The notes: generated by a model not told the origin, from the letters alone. A DNA stretch of 46,610 bases from an uncultured Candidatus Saccharibacteria bacterium (GCA_964361405.1 CAYIAA010000005.1:1-46610); one strand, 5' to 3'; numbered from the stretch's first letter, positions 1 through 9,292 are shown. Program-made: numbers and translations.

Positions 1-1
1 C

Positions 2-2947
2 CTCGATCTCGCGCTCGAAGCCGGAGACAACTGCGTCGGCGCGAACGATTGCGCGGATGCAAATGTGGGTGGCAGGCAGAGGCGCATCCTGTTCCGTCGC
101 GGGGACACGTTCCGGCTGTCTGGCTTCGCAGAGATGAACCGTGGAGCGTCCACACCCGGCTTCATCGAGGCGTTCGGCAGTGGCGCGCGCCCGATCTTCA
201 ACCTGAACGGAGCACCACTCGAAGCCGGTGACCATTGGACGTACTTGGATATCCAGTTCACGAACTGCAATACCGGCTGTGTGTACGCGGATAACACGGA
301 CACGAATGACACCTGGGTGCGCGTGCGCATGTACAACCGAGGTTCGTCGTGTGTGGAAGAGACGCTGACCGACCCGACACTCATCGTCTCGACCTATCCT
401 GTACATCGCGCCTTTGTCGAAATGGAATGTGATGGAGACGACGCGACGGTCACGCGTGGATCGCTTGGCGTTTGGCCTGGGTCCGACTACTCGATGATCC
501 TCGGTGGGCACATCAGCCAGGATCCGAATCAGGTGAGCAGCGCCGGTGCGGCGGATCGCTTTTCGATTCGTTCTCACCACATGCAGTTCTACCTGATCTC
601 GCACGTCAACTTCATCGACACGCCGCCTGGGCGCGGGGCGCTAAGCCAGCTCCGCAGCGACGACAACTCCTGCTACGATGGTGGCTGCGAAGTGCCGCAG
701 TCGGACAACGCCTACATCCTGATCTCGGACAACTACCTCGAAGACAATGCGAGTGAATCGAACTTCGTCACGCGCGTTTGCCCGGACTCGGGCTGCAACT
801 GTCAAGGCTCCGCATGCTCTGGGTCGCTTCAGGGTAGCGTCGTGCCCGTCCACGACATGATCTTCGAACGGAACTTCCACGCTTCCCCGGACGGATCGGC
901 GAGTGCGAAGAATGGCATTTATCAGCTTTGGGGAAGTGACATCACGATCAGGAACAACGTCTACGACATGAACGGTGAGTTCTCCGGCGCGCTGATCTTC
1001 GCCTACGCGCTCGGCGACCCGAACAACGCCGGCGGCTCGGCCAGCGACGGCGACATCCACGTCTACAACAACACGCTTTACTTCAATCAGGCGATCGCGT
1101 CGAACCTGACCCTGGCTGGCGAGAGCACCGCCAGCGGAACCGGGTGTCCAATGGGCTGTCTTGCGCGGAATAATCTAGTCGTAGCACCGAATTGGTCAGG
1201 GGCTCTCGCCTACAGCTCGCGTATCACACAGTCGAATAACTTGAAGATTACAACCCCCAATCCATTCGCTGCCATAATTCCATCCCGGGGGATGACTGAT
1301 ATTGCAGACTTTAAACTCGCCGCCGGAAGCGCTCCGATCAATGCCGGATACAACTTTGTAGCATCATTAAATTTGAATGGGTGGGTATTTCGAGATGCTT
1401 TTTTGGGTTTGCGTACCGATGGTTTATGGGATATCGGCGCTCACGAAGTAGCTGCAGGCACCCCTCCCCCTCCTCCACCTCCTTCAGATACGACGCCTCC
1501 TTCTGTGAGCCTAACAAGCCCCACTTCCGGAGCAACATTTACGACAGGTCAAACAGTCTCACTCTCGGGAACTGCTTCAGACAGTTCAGGCATTGCTCGA
1601 GTTGAATTTCTGCTAAACGGAACGTTAATTAACACAGACACAACGAGTCCTTATACCGCTTCGTGGACTGCAATAGCAGGGAGTCATACGCTTAGTGCTC
1701 GTGCCGTTGATTCTAGTACTAATGCTAATTCAGCAACGAGTGCAACAGTATCGGTGACGGTGACGACACTACCACCAACAGGAGGACCCATACGCATCAA
1801 TAACACCCAATCAGTAGCACAATTCACCAGTCAAACTGGTTCAGACGGAAGCTTCGTCTCACTTCCCTACACCGTACCTGTGGATGGTATACTCATCGTC
1901 TCCGCAGGGTCACAGGGTGACCAGCTCCAGCAGCCTTCATCGGTCATTTTCAGAAGACAAAGTGGACAGATTGAAACCCTTAACACACCATCTCGTACAG
2001 TCGCATCAGTCACTGCGCCCGCGGCACCAGGTCAACAGTATTCATCTGCAATCGGGAACCATCTGTACTCTTTGCCTGTTGTTGCAGGCGATAGCGGAGT
2101 GATTGAAGTCAACTACACTGGTGGGCGCTGGGCAACAAGACGGAGCGGTATTATTGCATCGACCGTGAGCGGTGCCTCATCAGTGCAATCAGCCACTACA
2201 TTTTCTGTCAATAACACGCCAGCCATCAGTGGTTCAGTCACCGCTACATCGGATGCACTAGTTGTCAGTTCACTCACCAGTGATGGGTATACCAACCTCA
2301 CTGTTATGGGAACGGGTCATGTATTTGACGCACAACCGATGCAGGATATAAACGTATTCCATTCCACCCGTCTTGCATCAGGACATACATTTCTCACGAG
2401 CGGGTCTCAGTCTCTAGGGTATGTGAATACTTTCGGTAATTTCTATAATGCGGTACTCATCCTTGCGGTGTTTCAGTCCCCCACCAACCCCCCGGGCGGC
2501 CTCACCGGCGTCACCTTCTCACCGACACTTGAATCAGGTACATCTATAGGACGTTCATTTACTATCCAGATTTATTCTTCTGGTGGCACGACACCACTCC
2601 TCACCTTCACTGGAACGGCAAATAGTAGTGGACAAGTATCACTCCCCACTAATATGCTTTCATCAGGTTCTTATGATATCCGTGTTTCATCGCCGTATCA
2701 CCTTTCACGTAGATTTTCTGGACGAACACTTGCTTCAAATACTTCCGTATCCCTCGCTACTACATTGAGAGCAGGTGACTTGAATAATGACAATATCATT
2801 AATTCACTTGACTGGTCACTCATGAGTCCTGTGTGGTTTACCCCAGACAGTGCTAATTCCGGACGAGCGGATATCAACCAGAGTGGTTCGGTGACGTCCA
2901 TTGATTACTCATACCTCGCACGAAATTGGGGACAGGTGGGGGATTAG
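2..2947 (+). CDS. 5'-truncated large secreted surface protein: right-handed parallel beta-helix region, poly-Pro linker, Ig-like domain, C-terminal beta-sandwich plus dockerin-like tail
   Basis: Frame 2 is open from base 2, with no stop before the GTG at 65 used by the ORF track, so the gene runs off the window edge. It has beta-helix style repeats (IRNNVYDMNG, VYNNTLYFNQ, ARNNLVVAPN), a PPPPPPPSDTTPP linker and an Ig-like segment (VSLTSPTSGATFTTGQTVSLSGTASD...VEFLLNG). The tail GDLNNDNIINSLD...ADINQSGSVTSIDYSYLARNWG resembles a duplicated dockerin/EF-hand loop. Confidence 0.75.
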   Translation, partial: LDLALEAGDNCVGANDCADANVGGRQRRILFRRGDTFRLSGFAEMNRGASTPGFIEAFGSGARPIFNLNGAPLEAGDHWTYLDIQFTNCNTGCVYADNTDTNDTWVRVRMYNRGSSCVEETLTDPTLIVSTYPVHRAFVEMECDGDDATVTRGSLGVWPGSDYSMILGGHISQDPNQVSSAGAADRFSIRSHHMQFYLISHVNFIDTPPGRGALSQLRSDDNSCYDGGCEVPQSDNAYILISDNYLEDNASESNFVTRVCPDSGCNCQGSACSGSLQGSVVPVHDMIFERNFHASPDGSASAKNGIYQLWGSDITIRNNVYDMNGEFSGALIFAYALGDPNNAGGSASDGDIHVYNNTLYFNQAIASNLTLAGESTASGTGCPMGCLARNNLVVAPNWSGALAYSSRITQSNNLKITTPNPFAAIIPSRGMTDIADFKLAAGSAPINAGYNFVASLNLNGWVFRDAFLGLRTDGLWDIGAHEVAAGTPPPPPPPSDTTPPSVSLTSPTSGATFTTGQTVSLSGTASDSSGIARVEFLLNGTLINTDTTSPYTASWTAIAGSHTLSARAVDSSTNANSATSATVSVTVTTLPPTGGPIRINNTQSVAQFTSQTGSDGSFVSLPYTVPVDGILIVSAGSQGDQLQQPSSVIFRRQSGQIETLNTPSRTVASVTAPAAPGQQYSSAIGNHLYSLPVVAGDSGVIEVNYTGGRWATRRSGIIASTVSGASSVQSATTFSVNNTPAISGSVTATSDALVVSSLTSDGYTNLTVMGTGHVFDAQPMQDINVFHSTRLASGHTFLTSGSQSLGYVNTFGNFYNAVLILAVFQSPTNPPGGLTGVTFSPTLESGTSIGRSFTIQIYSSGGTTPLLTFTGTANSSGQVSLPTNMLSSGSYDIRVSSPYHLSRRFSGRTLASNTSVSLATTLRAGDLNNDNIINSLDWSLMSPVWFTPDSANSGRADINQSGSVTSIDYSYLARNWGQVGD

Positions 2948-2955
2948 AAACATAT

Positions 2956-5694
2956 ATGAGGTTTTTATTTTTATCATCAGTCATCGTTCTCCTAGTTTCC
3001 ATCGTTTCACTCGGGATTTTTGTTGCCCTTCAAGAAAATTCGGTTGCTCAAACAAGCGAGAACGTATATTTTGTGGCAAAGACTGGTAGCGACGCAAACT
3101 CCTGTGATAGTGCCCAGAGTGAAGCCACTCCGAAACTCACCATTGCCTCTGCCATAGCTTGTATCGGCTCCGCCGAGGGGGCTGGCGCCGGGAAAACCAT
3201 CCTTGTGAAGGCGGGCATTTATAATGAAGGGTCAGACGCCCACAGCGCCACCAGTCTCCCCGGGGGCACCTCCTGGTCGGCACCCTTCGTCCTCAAGGCC
3301 TACCCCGGTGACATTGTGATCTTGCGACCTAATCCTGGGGAAGCGCGGGTATTCACCATCGCAAAGGCTTCCAGCAAATACGCCATCATTGACGGCTTTG
3401 TCATGGATGCGGTGAATGTTCAATTTGACGCAGTCAAGATCACCTACATGGGTTCGGACCCTACCACTTCCGCGCACCACATCCGGATAGAGAATTCCGA
3501 AATCATGAACGCACCTGAGAAAGGCATTTTAATAACAACCGAAGCATCTGGAAATGAGCTCGTAAATAGTAAGGTCCATGACAACGGGAAGACAGATTTC
3601 CATCACGGTATCAATTTCTCGAGCGACGGTAACCTTATTACGGGTTCTGAGTTTTACAGGAACGCAGGGTCGGGAATCAACAAATATCCTCTGGGGAGTA
3701 ACAACATCATTCGCAACAACCGACTATATGACAACGCTCGGGTAGGATTACGGGGAGCGGGGATCGGACTGTATGGAGGAAGTGGCAACCTCGTGTATAA
3801 CAACCTGGTTTGGGGTAATCGGATCGGCATCGCTCTGCAGTATGGCGAATCTAATGACAAAATTTACAACAACACGATCTATGGAAATATCAACTATGGA
3901 ATTTATAATGGGGTGGACAGTACGAATGAAAGCATCAAAAATAATATCGTGTATCAAAATGGATCCGGTATCACCAATCTAGGTCCCAGAACTGCCTTCT
4001 CGAACAATCTCAGCACCGATCCTGGATTCGCCAACGCCGCAGCCAGGGTTTTTTACCTGCTCTCGGGTAGCCCGGCTATCGATGCGGGAGAGGACCTCTC
4101 CGCGGAGGGTGTGGCTACCGATTTTTCGGGCATTTCCCGCCCCCAAGGATTCACTTACGACATCGGTGCGTATGAATTTGTTCCCAGCCCCTCCACCCCA
4201 CTTCCTCCAAGCGGCCTCACCGGCGTCACCTTCTCTCCCATTCTTGAATCCGGCCCCTCGGTGGGCCACTCCTTCACGATCCAGATCTACTCACCGAGTG
4301 GTACCACGCCGCTTTTCTCTTTCACCGAGAGCATGGGTAGCGGGGGAAACCTGACGCTTCCCGCAACAAACACTTTCTCAACGGGATCCTACAACATCCG
4401 TGTGTCATCCCCACAGCACCTCTCGCGGCTATTTTCCGGGGTAACGCTTGCCGCAAACACAGCTGTTTCACTCTCGACCGCGCTCAAGGCAGGAAACTTA
4501 AACAATGACAACACGATCGACTCCCTCGACTGGTCACTTATGAATCCCGTATGGTTCACCCCAGACACCGGCAATACCGGACGTGCCGACGTGAATCGGA
4601 GCGGCTCGGTGACGTCTATCGACTTCTCCTTCCTTGCACGAAATTGGGGAGTGGTGGGGGATTTCGTCGTGCCGACTCCTGGTGGCAGTGCGCAGCATCT
4701 CACTTATGCCGCGGTGCCGGACCTCCAGAACTACTGCTCCTCGCAAGTGAATGTGGCCAGCCTGCCAGCGCTTGGGATCACGCATCTGCGCGCGATGGCG
4801 AACGATATCATCACGGTGCGCCCCGCGTTCGTCGTGCAAGTCGGCGACGTGACGGACTCGACGGGAGGATCTGATCAGAACGGAGTCGCGGCGGATGCAG
4901 ATGACCCCGACACGTTCGTGACGATGCCGAGTCGGTACTCCGAAGTCACTTGCGTCAAGGAAAACTTCTTCGATCTGCTCGACGCGGCGGGAATCCCGTG
5001 GATCGCCGTCTCCGGCAACCACGACAGTTACCGGGATTTCGAGCGCGGTTTCCCGCGCGCGACCTTCATGGCGAAGAGCTACGGGTTCGCGGCGCAGAAC
5101 GAGGTCGATCGCTGGCACACTGGGTGGAACGACACCGAAGAGCGCGCCGCACTCTTCTCGACGCCCATCGGCCCAATCTGCGTCGTTGGTGGCGACTACG
5201 CAATGGATCCTGCGGGCGGAACACTGGACGCGACGTTCGTCTCGACGAACATCGGTTGTGGCGGCTCGACTCCGACAATCCTCGTTCGCCACTATGGGAT
5301 CATGGATTCGGTCATGGGTGTGCGGAGTGCGGCGAACGCCGAGATTTTTATGGGCGTCTTCGGACACATAACGCCGCAACAGCCGGGCATCATGCAGTCG
5401 ATGACGATGATTAACCCGACGTCGGGCCAGATGGCCAACTTGTTCACGAATTCGCAGGAAGTGAGCCTTTCCTGCGGTGTGGCCGCGACCGACGGCACAT
5501 CAATGCACACCGGCGTTAGCTGGTGGACCGTCGTCGCTATCACGCCGAGCGCAAGCACAGTGGCGGTGCAGGCGCGCAATCCGCTTTTCAGCGGCGCGGC
5601 GACCGATCCAAGCTGCGGGAACACCTACCAGAACACGGTACTCACATTCTCGCCGAACCTCTGCACGCGCTTTCCAAGTATGACCGGCTGCTAA
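2956..5694 (+). CDS. Signal-anchored beta-helix surface protein with an internal dockerin-like module, fused in frame to a high-GC calcineurin-like metallophosphoesterase-like C-terminal domain
   Basis: The ATG at 2956 gives MRFLFLSSVIVLLVSIVSLGIFVALQ (signal or TM anchor); the ORF-track start at 2926 overlaps the upstream gene. PbH1-type repeats are present (NNRLYDN, LVYNNLVWGN, KIYNNTIYGN, NNIVYQN). A dockerin-like module ends in NWGVVGD at 4662. The frame then reads on into VQVGDVTD...SGNHDS...FGHITP, which are GDxxD/GNHD/GH phosphoesterase-type motifs. Confidence 0.7.
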   Translation: MRFLFLSSVIVLLVSIVSLGIFVALQENSVAQTSENVYFVAKTGSDANSCDSAQSEATPKLTIASAIACIGSAEGAGAGKTILVKAGIYNEGSDAHSATSLPGGTSWSAPFVLKAYPGDIVILRPNPGEARVFTIAKASSKYAIIDGFVMDAVNVQFDAVKITYMGSDPTTSAHHIRIENSEIMNAPEKGILITTEASGNELVNSKVHDNGKTDFHHGINFSSDGNLITGSEFYRNAGSGINKYPLGSNNIIRNNRLYDNARVGLRGAGIGLYGGSGNLVYNNLVWGNRIGIALQYGESNDKIYNNTIYGNINYGIYNGVDSTNESIKNNIVYQNGSGITNLGPRTAFSNNLSTDPGFANAAARVFYLLSGSPAIDAGEDLSAEGVATDFSGISRPQGFTYDIGAYEFVPSPSTPLPPSGLTGVTFSPILESGPSVGHSFTIQIYSPSGTTPLFSFTESMGSGGNLTLPATNTFSTGSYNIRVSSPQHLSRLFSGVTLAANTAVSLSTALKAGNLNNDNTIDSLDWSLMNPVWFTPDTGNTGRADVNRSGSVTSIDFSFLARNWGVVGDFVVPTPGGSAQHLTYAAVPDLQNYCSSQVNVASLPALGITHLRAMANDIITVRPAFVVQVGDVTDSTGGSDQNGVAADADDPDTFVTMPSRYSEVTCVKENFFDLLDAAGIPWIAVSGNHDSYRDFERGFPRATFMAKSYGFAAQNEVDRWHTGWNDTEERAALFSTPIGPICVVGGDYAMDPAGGTLDATFVSTNIGCGGSTPTILVRHYGIMDSVMGVRSAANAEIFMGVFGHITPQQPGIMQSMTMINPTSGQMANLFTNSQEVSLSCGVAATDGTSMHTGVSWWTVVAITPSASTVAVQARNPLFSGAATDPSCGNTYQNTVLTFSPNLCTRFPSMTGC

Positions 5695-5740
5695 GGAGAC
5701 TCTTATGTGAGCACGCGATTCGTACCACTCATCTCCATCG

Positions 5741-5869
5741 ATGCTCGCTTTCACGGTCGATGTCAGCTCGAACGCGAATGCCGGGCGCGCCGACGTGAAC
5801 CGAAGTGGCTCAGTGACGTCCATTGATTACTCATACCTCGCACGAAATTGGGGAGTGGTGGGGGATTAG
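5741..5869 (+). pseudogene. Orphan, frame-disrupted dockerin-like tail (3' gene remnant)
   Basis: Frame 2 reads MLAFTVDVSSNANAGRADVNRSGSVTSIDYSYLARNWGVVGD*. The last ~60 nt are nearly identical to the 3' end of the first gene (2888-2947), including GATTAGAAA. An in-frame stop lies upstream at 5708-5710, and the first dockerin loop is recognisable only in another frame (LISIDA). Confidence 0.6.
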
Positions 5870-6522
5870 AAAAGACCGGGCTGACTCTCTCCCATATTCT
5901 CTTTTTCTGGCGATTCTTCAATAAGGCTCCTCTCTTTAAGAAACTCTGCGTATCTCTCCCGCAGTGCCGGAAGGGTGCAGAAGCTTTTTTCGAGCTCTCC
6001 TTTCACTTCCGCGGAGCGTAGTGCGGCGGCGGGGTGGTAAAGTGGAATGACCACGAACTCTTTCCACCAGAACACCTTCCCTTGATCGCGGGAAATTTTC
6101 GCTGTCGGGAGAAAAAAGTTCATAGAGAATCTCCCAAGCGGAAGAATAAGTTTCGGATGAATGATTTCCACTTGTCTCAAGAGGTACGGGGCATAGAGGG
6201 TAATTTCTTCAGGGGTCGGGTCGCGGTTCTCCGGTGGGCGGCGTTTTACGATGTTTGTGATGTAGACGCCTTCCCGTTTCCACCCGATAGTTTTCAAGAG
6301 TTCGGTGAGGAGTTGTCCGGAGCGCCCGACGAAAGGCCGCTGTTCGATGTTTTCGTAGTAGCCCGGCGCTTCCCCGATAAAGAGCACCTCTCCGTCAGGA
6401 TTGCCTTCTCCAAAAACGAGATTTGATTCCTGGAGCGGAAGCGATATGTCTCCCCGAATCTCAAACTCGAGTTTCTCTAACGCTTCTCTTTTTGAACTAT
6501 ACTGGTGTGGCGGCATTGTCAT
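5866..6522 (-). CDS. Uracil-DNA glycosylase, family 4 type
   Basis: Motif GEAPGYYENIEQRPFVGRSGQLL and a C-terminal PLYHPAAALR. The start is placed at the internal Met (MTMPPHQ) because the longer ORF overlaps the divergent gene. Confidence 0.85.
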   Translation of the reverse strand: MTMPPHQYSSKREALEKLEFEIRGDISLPLQESNLVFGEGNPDGEVLFIGEAPGYYENIEQRPFVGRSGQLLTELLKTIGWKREGVYITNIVKRRPPENRDPTPEEITLYAPYLLRQVEIIHPKLILPLGRFSMNFFLPTAKISRDQGKVFWWKEFVVIPLYHPAAALRSAEVKGELEKSFCTLPALRERYAEFLKERSLIEESPEKENMGESQPGLF

Positions 6523-6528
6523 ACCGTG

Positions 6529-7407
6529 ATGGGTACATTTTATAGTACAACAAAACCACTCCACCCTAGCCTGTGGTATGTCATCGGCGCGCTTTTTTTC
6601 TTAGACGGCATTGTGTGGTATGCCCTCGCCGCGGAGACACCGCGTGAGACAGCGATCGTATCTTTTCTCGACGTTGGACAGGGGGATGCGATATTTATCG
6701 ATTCACCAAGCCATGGGCAAATTTTAATTGATGGAGGGAGTGGAAACGGCGCTGTGCTCTCTGCGCTTGGCGCCGTTATGCCATTTTATGATCGCTTTAT
6801 TGACGTGGTCATAGCGACTCACCCTGATGAAGATCATATCGGAGGACTTGTCGGAGTTTTACAGCATTACCGGGTCGGCGCCGTGCTACTCTCCGGTGGA
6901 ATTGCCAATACTGCTGCCGAGAGGGCTCTTGAGGAAGAAATTCTCTCGCATGGAGTGACAACGTTCACCGCTCGGCGGGGTATGAAGATTCTCCTTGATG
7001 AAAGTACATCGCTTGCCGTTTTATTTCCTGACCGTGATGTCTCGGCAATTCCCACAAATGAGGGGTCAATTATTGCCCGACTCGTCCACGGAGATATCTC
7101 CTATCTTTTCACTGCGGATGCGCCGCAGTCAGTTGAGCGATATCTTCTTACACTTGATGGCAAGGGTATACAAAGCGATGTCCTTAAGGTTGGGCACCAC
7201 GGCTCGCGAACCTCAACCGGTGAAGCGTTTCTCGGAGCCGTTAATCCAACCAATGCCGTAATCTCTGCGGGAAAAGATAATCGTTACGGTCATCCGCACG
7301 AAGAAGTGCTCGAGCGGCTTCTGCACTTTGGAGTGACTATTTTTAAAACCTACGAAGAGGGGACAATCGTATTTGAGAGTGATGGCGAGAGAGTACGGCT
7401 ACGTTAG
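6529..7407 (+). CDS. ComEC/Rec2-related metallo-beta-lactamase domain protein with one N-terminal TM segment
   Basis: Motifs FLDVGQGDAIFI, THPDEDHIGG, KVGHHGSRTS and NRYGHP, with an N-terminal hydrophobic stretch LWYVIGALFFLDGIVWYAL. The start is placed at the Met at 6529. Confidence 0.8.
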   Translation: MGTFYSTTKPLHPSLWYVIGALFFLDGIVWYALAAETPRETAIVSFLDVGQGDAIFIDSPSHGQILIDGGSGNGAVLSALGAVMPFYDRFIDVVIATHPDEDHIGGLVGVLQHYRVGAVLLSGGIANTAAERALEEEILSHGVTTFTARRGMKILLDESTSLAVLFPDRDVSAIPTNEGSIIARLVHGDISYLFTADAPQSVERYLLTLDGKGIQSDVLKVGHHGSRTSTGEAFLGAVNPTNAVISAGKDNRYGHPHEEVLERLLHFGVTIFKTYEEGTIVFESDGERVRLR

Positions 7408-7622
7408 CGCGCAAGTGAAGCAAAGGAGGTGCCGAGGTGGCGGTTCGCCTTAAGGCAACGCGTGCAGATGCGGATGCGCCGGCCATCCTCCATGCGCGCC
7501 CACTGGAGATTTAATTGCCTCCGCTTTGTTCCGGTAGGATTAAACTTGGTTGCGCGAATGCGGTTTGAATAGCCTCCGGCAAGGAGGCTTGTTCTTTTAC
7601 AGAGTGGGCACTCTTTTTTCAT
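7404..7622 (-). CDS. rpmB: 50S ribosomal protein L28
   Basis: From the internal Met the protein reads MKKECPLCKRTSLLAGGYSNRIRATKFNPTGTKRRQLNLQWARMEDGRRIRICTRCLKANRH. This fits the L28 pattern: a Cys pair, a basic core and an NLQ motif. The N-terminal 27 codons of the ORF-track model are rejected. Confidence 0.85.
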   Translation of the reverse strand: MKKECPLCKRTSLLAGGYSNRIRATKFNPTGTKRRQLNLQWARMEDGRRIRICTRCLKANRHLGTSFASLAR

Positions 7623-7697
7623 GGTCTTTTGATTTTTTTGCCGCTTTCTATAAAAAGATAAAAATAAGCCACCGTATGCTACCATAGATACGCTACG

Positions 7698-8336
7698 ATG
7701 CAAGAACTCCTCTTTTCAAGCGCCCAGATAGCGGTTCTTGTCATGTCCGTCGTAATCCACGAAGTGAGCCATGGGTACGCGGCGTACTTTCTTGGAGACT
7801 CTACTGCAAAATTTTCCGGCCGTCTCACGCTAAACCCCCTCAAACACCTCGATCCAGTCGGTTCCGTTCTTATTCCGGCATCGCTCATTCTTCTGAATGC
7901 TCCTATGCTAATCGGTTGGGCGCTTCCGGTTCCCTACAACCCCGCGAATCTTCGGGGCGGCAAATGGGGAAGTGCGTGGGTGGCATTCGCTGGCCCCCTC
8001 GCAAATATCGCGATTGCTCTCGGATTTGGTCTCGCACTCCGTGTGCTTGGGTTATCTTCGGCACTCGCGCCAGAGTCACTCATCATACTTGTCGCCATTG
8101 TCTATATAAACCTCGCACTTGCCGCCTTTAATCTGATCCCAATTCCCCCGCTTGACGGATCAAAAGTACTTTCGGCTTTTTTACCCGGGAGATTTTACCG
8201 CCTCGGAAGTGCCCTCGAGCGGCGAGCGGGCACGGCGGGATTCCTCATTCTCTTTGCACTTCTTCTTTATTTCTCTTCTTATTTTTTTGGATTCGTCGGT
8301 GACATCGCAGCGCTTTTGAGCGGTGTTCGGCTTTGA
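7698..8336 (+). CDS. Peptidase M50 (site-2 protease family) membrane metalloprotease
   Basis: HEVSHG (HExxH) lies in the first TM segment, with FNLIPIPPLDGSKV (NxxPxxxLDG) later. The protein is polytopic and hydrophobic. Confidence 0.85.
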   Translation: MQELLFSSAQIAVLVMSVVIHEVSHGYAAYFLGDSTAKFSGRLTLNPLKHLDPVGSVLIPASLILLNAPMLIGWALPVPYNPANLRGGKWGSAWVAFAGPLANIAIALGFGLALRVLGLSSALAPESLIILVAIVYINLALAAFNLIPIPPLDGSKVLSAFLPGRFYRLGSALERRAGTAGFLILFALLLYFSSYFFGFVGDIAALLSGVRL

Positions 8337-8365
8337 TTGTGAGAAGGCACTCTTCGATAAAACTC

Positions 8366-8394
8366 TTGCAAAGGGAGGGGGCACGTAGTAGAAT
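8366..8394 (+). promoter_or_regulatory. Sigma-70-like promoter of the rpsL operon (TTGCAA-N17-TAGAAT), giving a near-leaderless mRNA
   Basis: TTGCAA at 8366-8371 and TAGAAT at 8389-8394. The rpsL ATG at 8403 is only 8 nt downstream of the -10 box, and there is no SD. Confidence 0.5.
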
Positions 8395-8402
8395 CTAGCG
8401 CT

Positions 8403-8819
8403 ATGCCAACGATAAATCAGCTGACGCGCCGCGGGCGTTCAAAAGTGCGAAAGAAGACAAAGTCAATTGCTCTCTCTCGCGGTTTTAATGTGCTCAAGAA
8501 TGCGCCGGTTTTTTACAATGCTCCGTTCAAACGCGGCGTCTGCATCAAGGTTGGCACACAGACGCCGAAAAAACCAAATTCCGCACTGCGTAAAATTGCC
8601 CGTGTGCGGTTGACGAACGGTATGGAGGTGACGGCCTACATTCCCGGAGAAGGACACAATTTACAGGAGCACTCGGTGGTGCTTGTCCGTGGTGGGCGCG
8701 TAAAAGACCTTCCGGGCGTCCGGTATCACATCGTGAGGGGTGTTCTTGATACCGAGGGTGTAGGAAAACGAAGACAAGGACGAAGTCTTTATGGAGCGAA
8801 GCGTCCGAAAGCTGAGTAA
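8403..8819 (+). CDS. rpsL: 30S ribosomal protein S12
   Basis: [12 protein letters not shown]...[10 protein letters not shown]...[13 protein letters not shown], and first in the canonical str-operon order. Confidence 0.97.
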   Translation: MPTINQLTRRGRSKVRKKTKSIALSRGFNVLKNAPVFYNAPFKRGVCIKVGTQTPKKPNSALRKIARVRLTNGMEVTAYIPGEGHNLQEHSVVLVRGGRVKDLPGVRYHIVRGVLDTEGVGKRRQGRSLYGAKRPKAE

Positions 8820-8821
8820 AT

Positions 8822-9292
8822 ATGCGACGGAAAATAAAAATCAGACATACAGCCGCGCCCGACTACCGCTACAGTTCGCCGACGGTTTCTAAGTTTATCA
8901 ACTACTGTATGCGGAAAGGAAAGAAAAATGCCGCGCGAAAAATTGTCTACGGCGTGCTCGATGATATTAAAACTCGCCAAAAAGAGGAAAATCCGCTTCT
9001 GGTCTTTGAGACGGCACTTAAGAATGCAACTCCGGTGATGGAGGTTCGTTCACGGCGGATTGGCGGGGCAACATACCAGGTTCCTCGCGAAGTAAGACCG
9101 GAGCGTCGGATGGCGCTTTCGATGCGATGGCTTGTGGAAGCCGCGCGGAGTAAAAAAGGGAAACCCATGCGGGAGCGTTTGCTTGAAGAAATTATCGCTG
9201 CAAGTAAGGGCGAGGGCGAGGCGGTGAAGCGACGGGAGAACACGCATAAAATGGCTGAGGCAAACCGCGCCTTCGCTCACTTCAGCTGGTAA
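8822..9292 (+). CDS. rpsG: 30S ribosomal protein S7
   Basis: It follows rpsL. Sequence features: RRIGGATYQVPREV and ANRAFAHFSW at the end. Confidence 0.97.
   Translation: MRRKIKIRHTAAPDYRYSSPTVSKFINYCMRKGKKNAARKIVYGVLDDIKTRQKEENPLLVFETALKNATPVMEVRSRRIGGATYQVPREVRPERRMALSMRWLVEAARSKKGKPMRERLLEEIIAASKGEGEAVKRRENTHKMAEANRAFAHFSW

Noticed and set aside
4534-5379. A 281-aa minus-strand ORF, plus several 60-150-aa ORFs on both strands between 4550 and 5830.
   Set aside because: They lie antisense or out of frame within the high-GC block, where stop codons are rare. They are Arg/Ala/Pro-rich with no motifs, whereas the plus frame carries recognisable phosphoesterase motifs.
6505-6564. Head-to-head overlap of the UDG and ComEC-MBL ORF-track models.
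   Set aside because: It is resolved by using internal Met starts (6522 minus, 6529 plus). The overlap is an artefact of taking the longest ORF.
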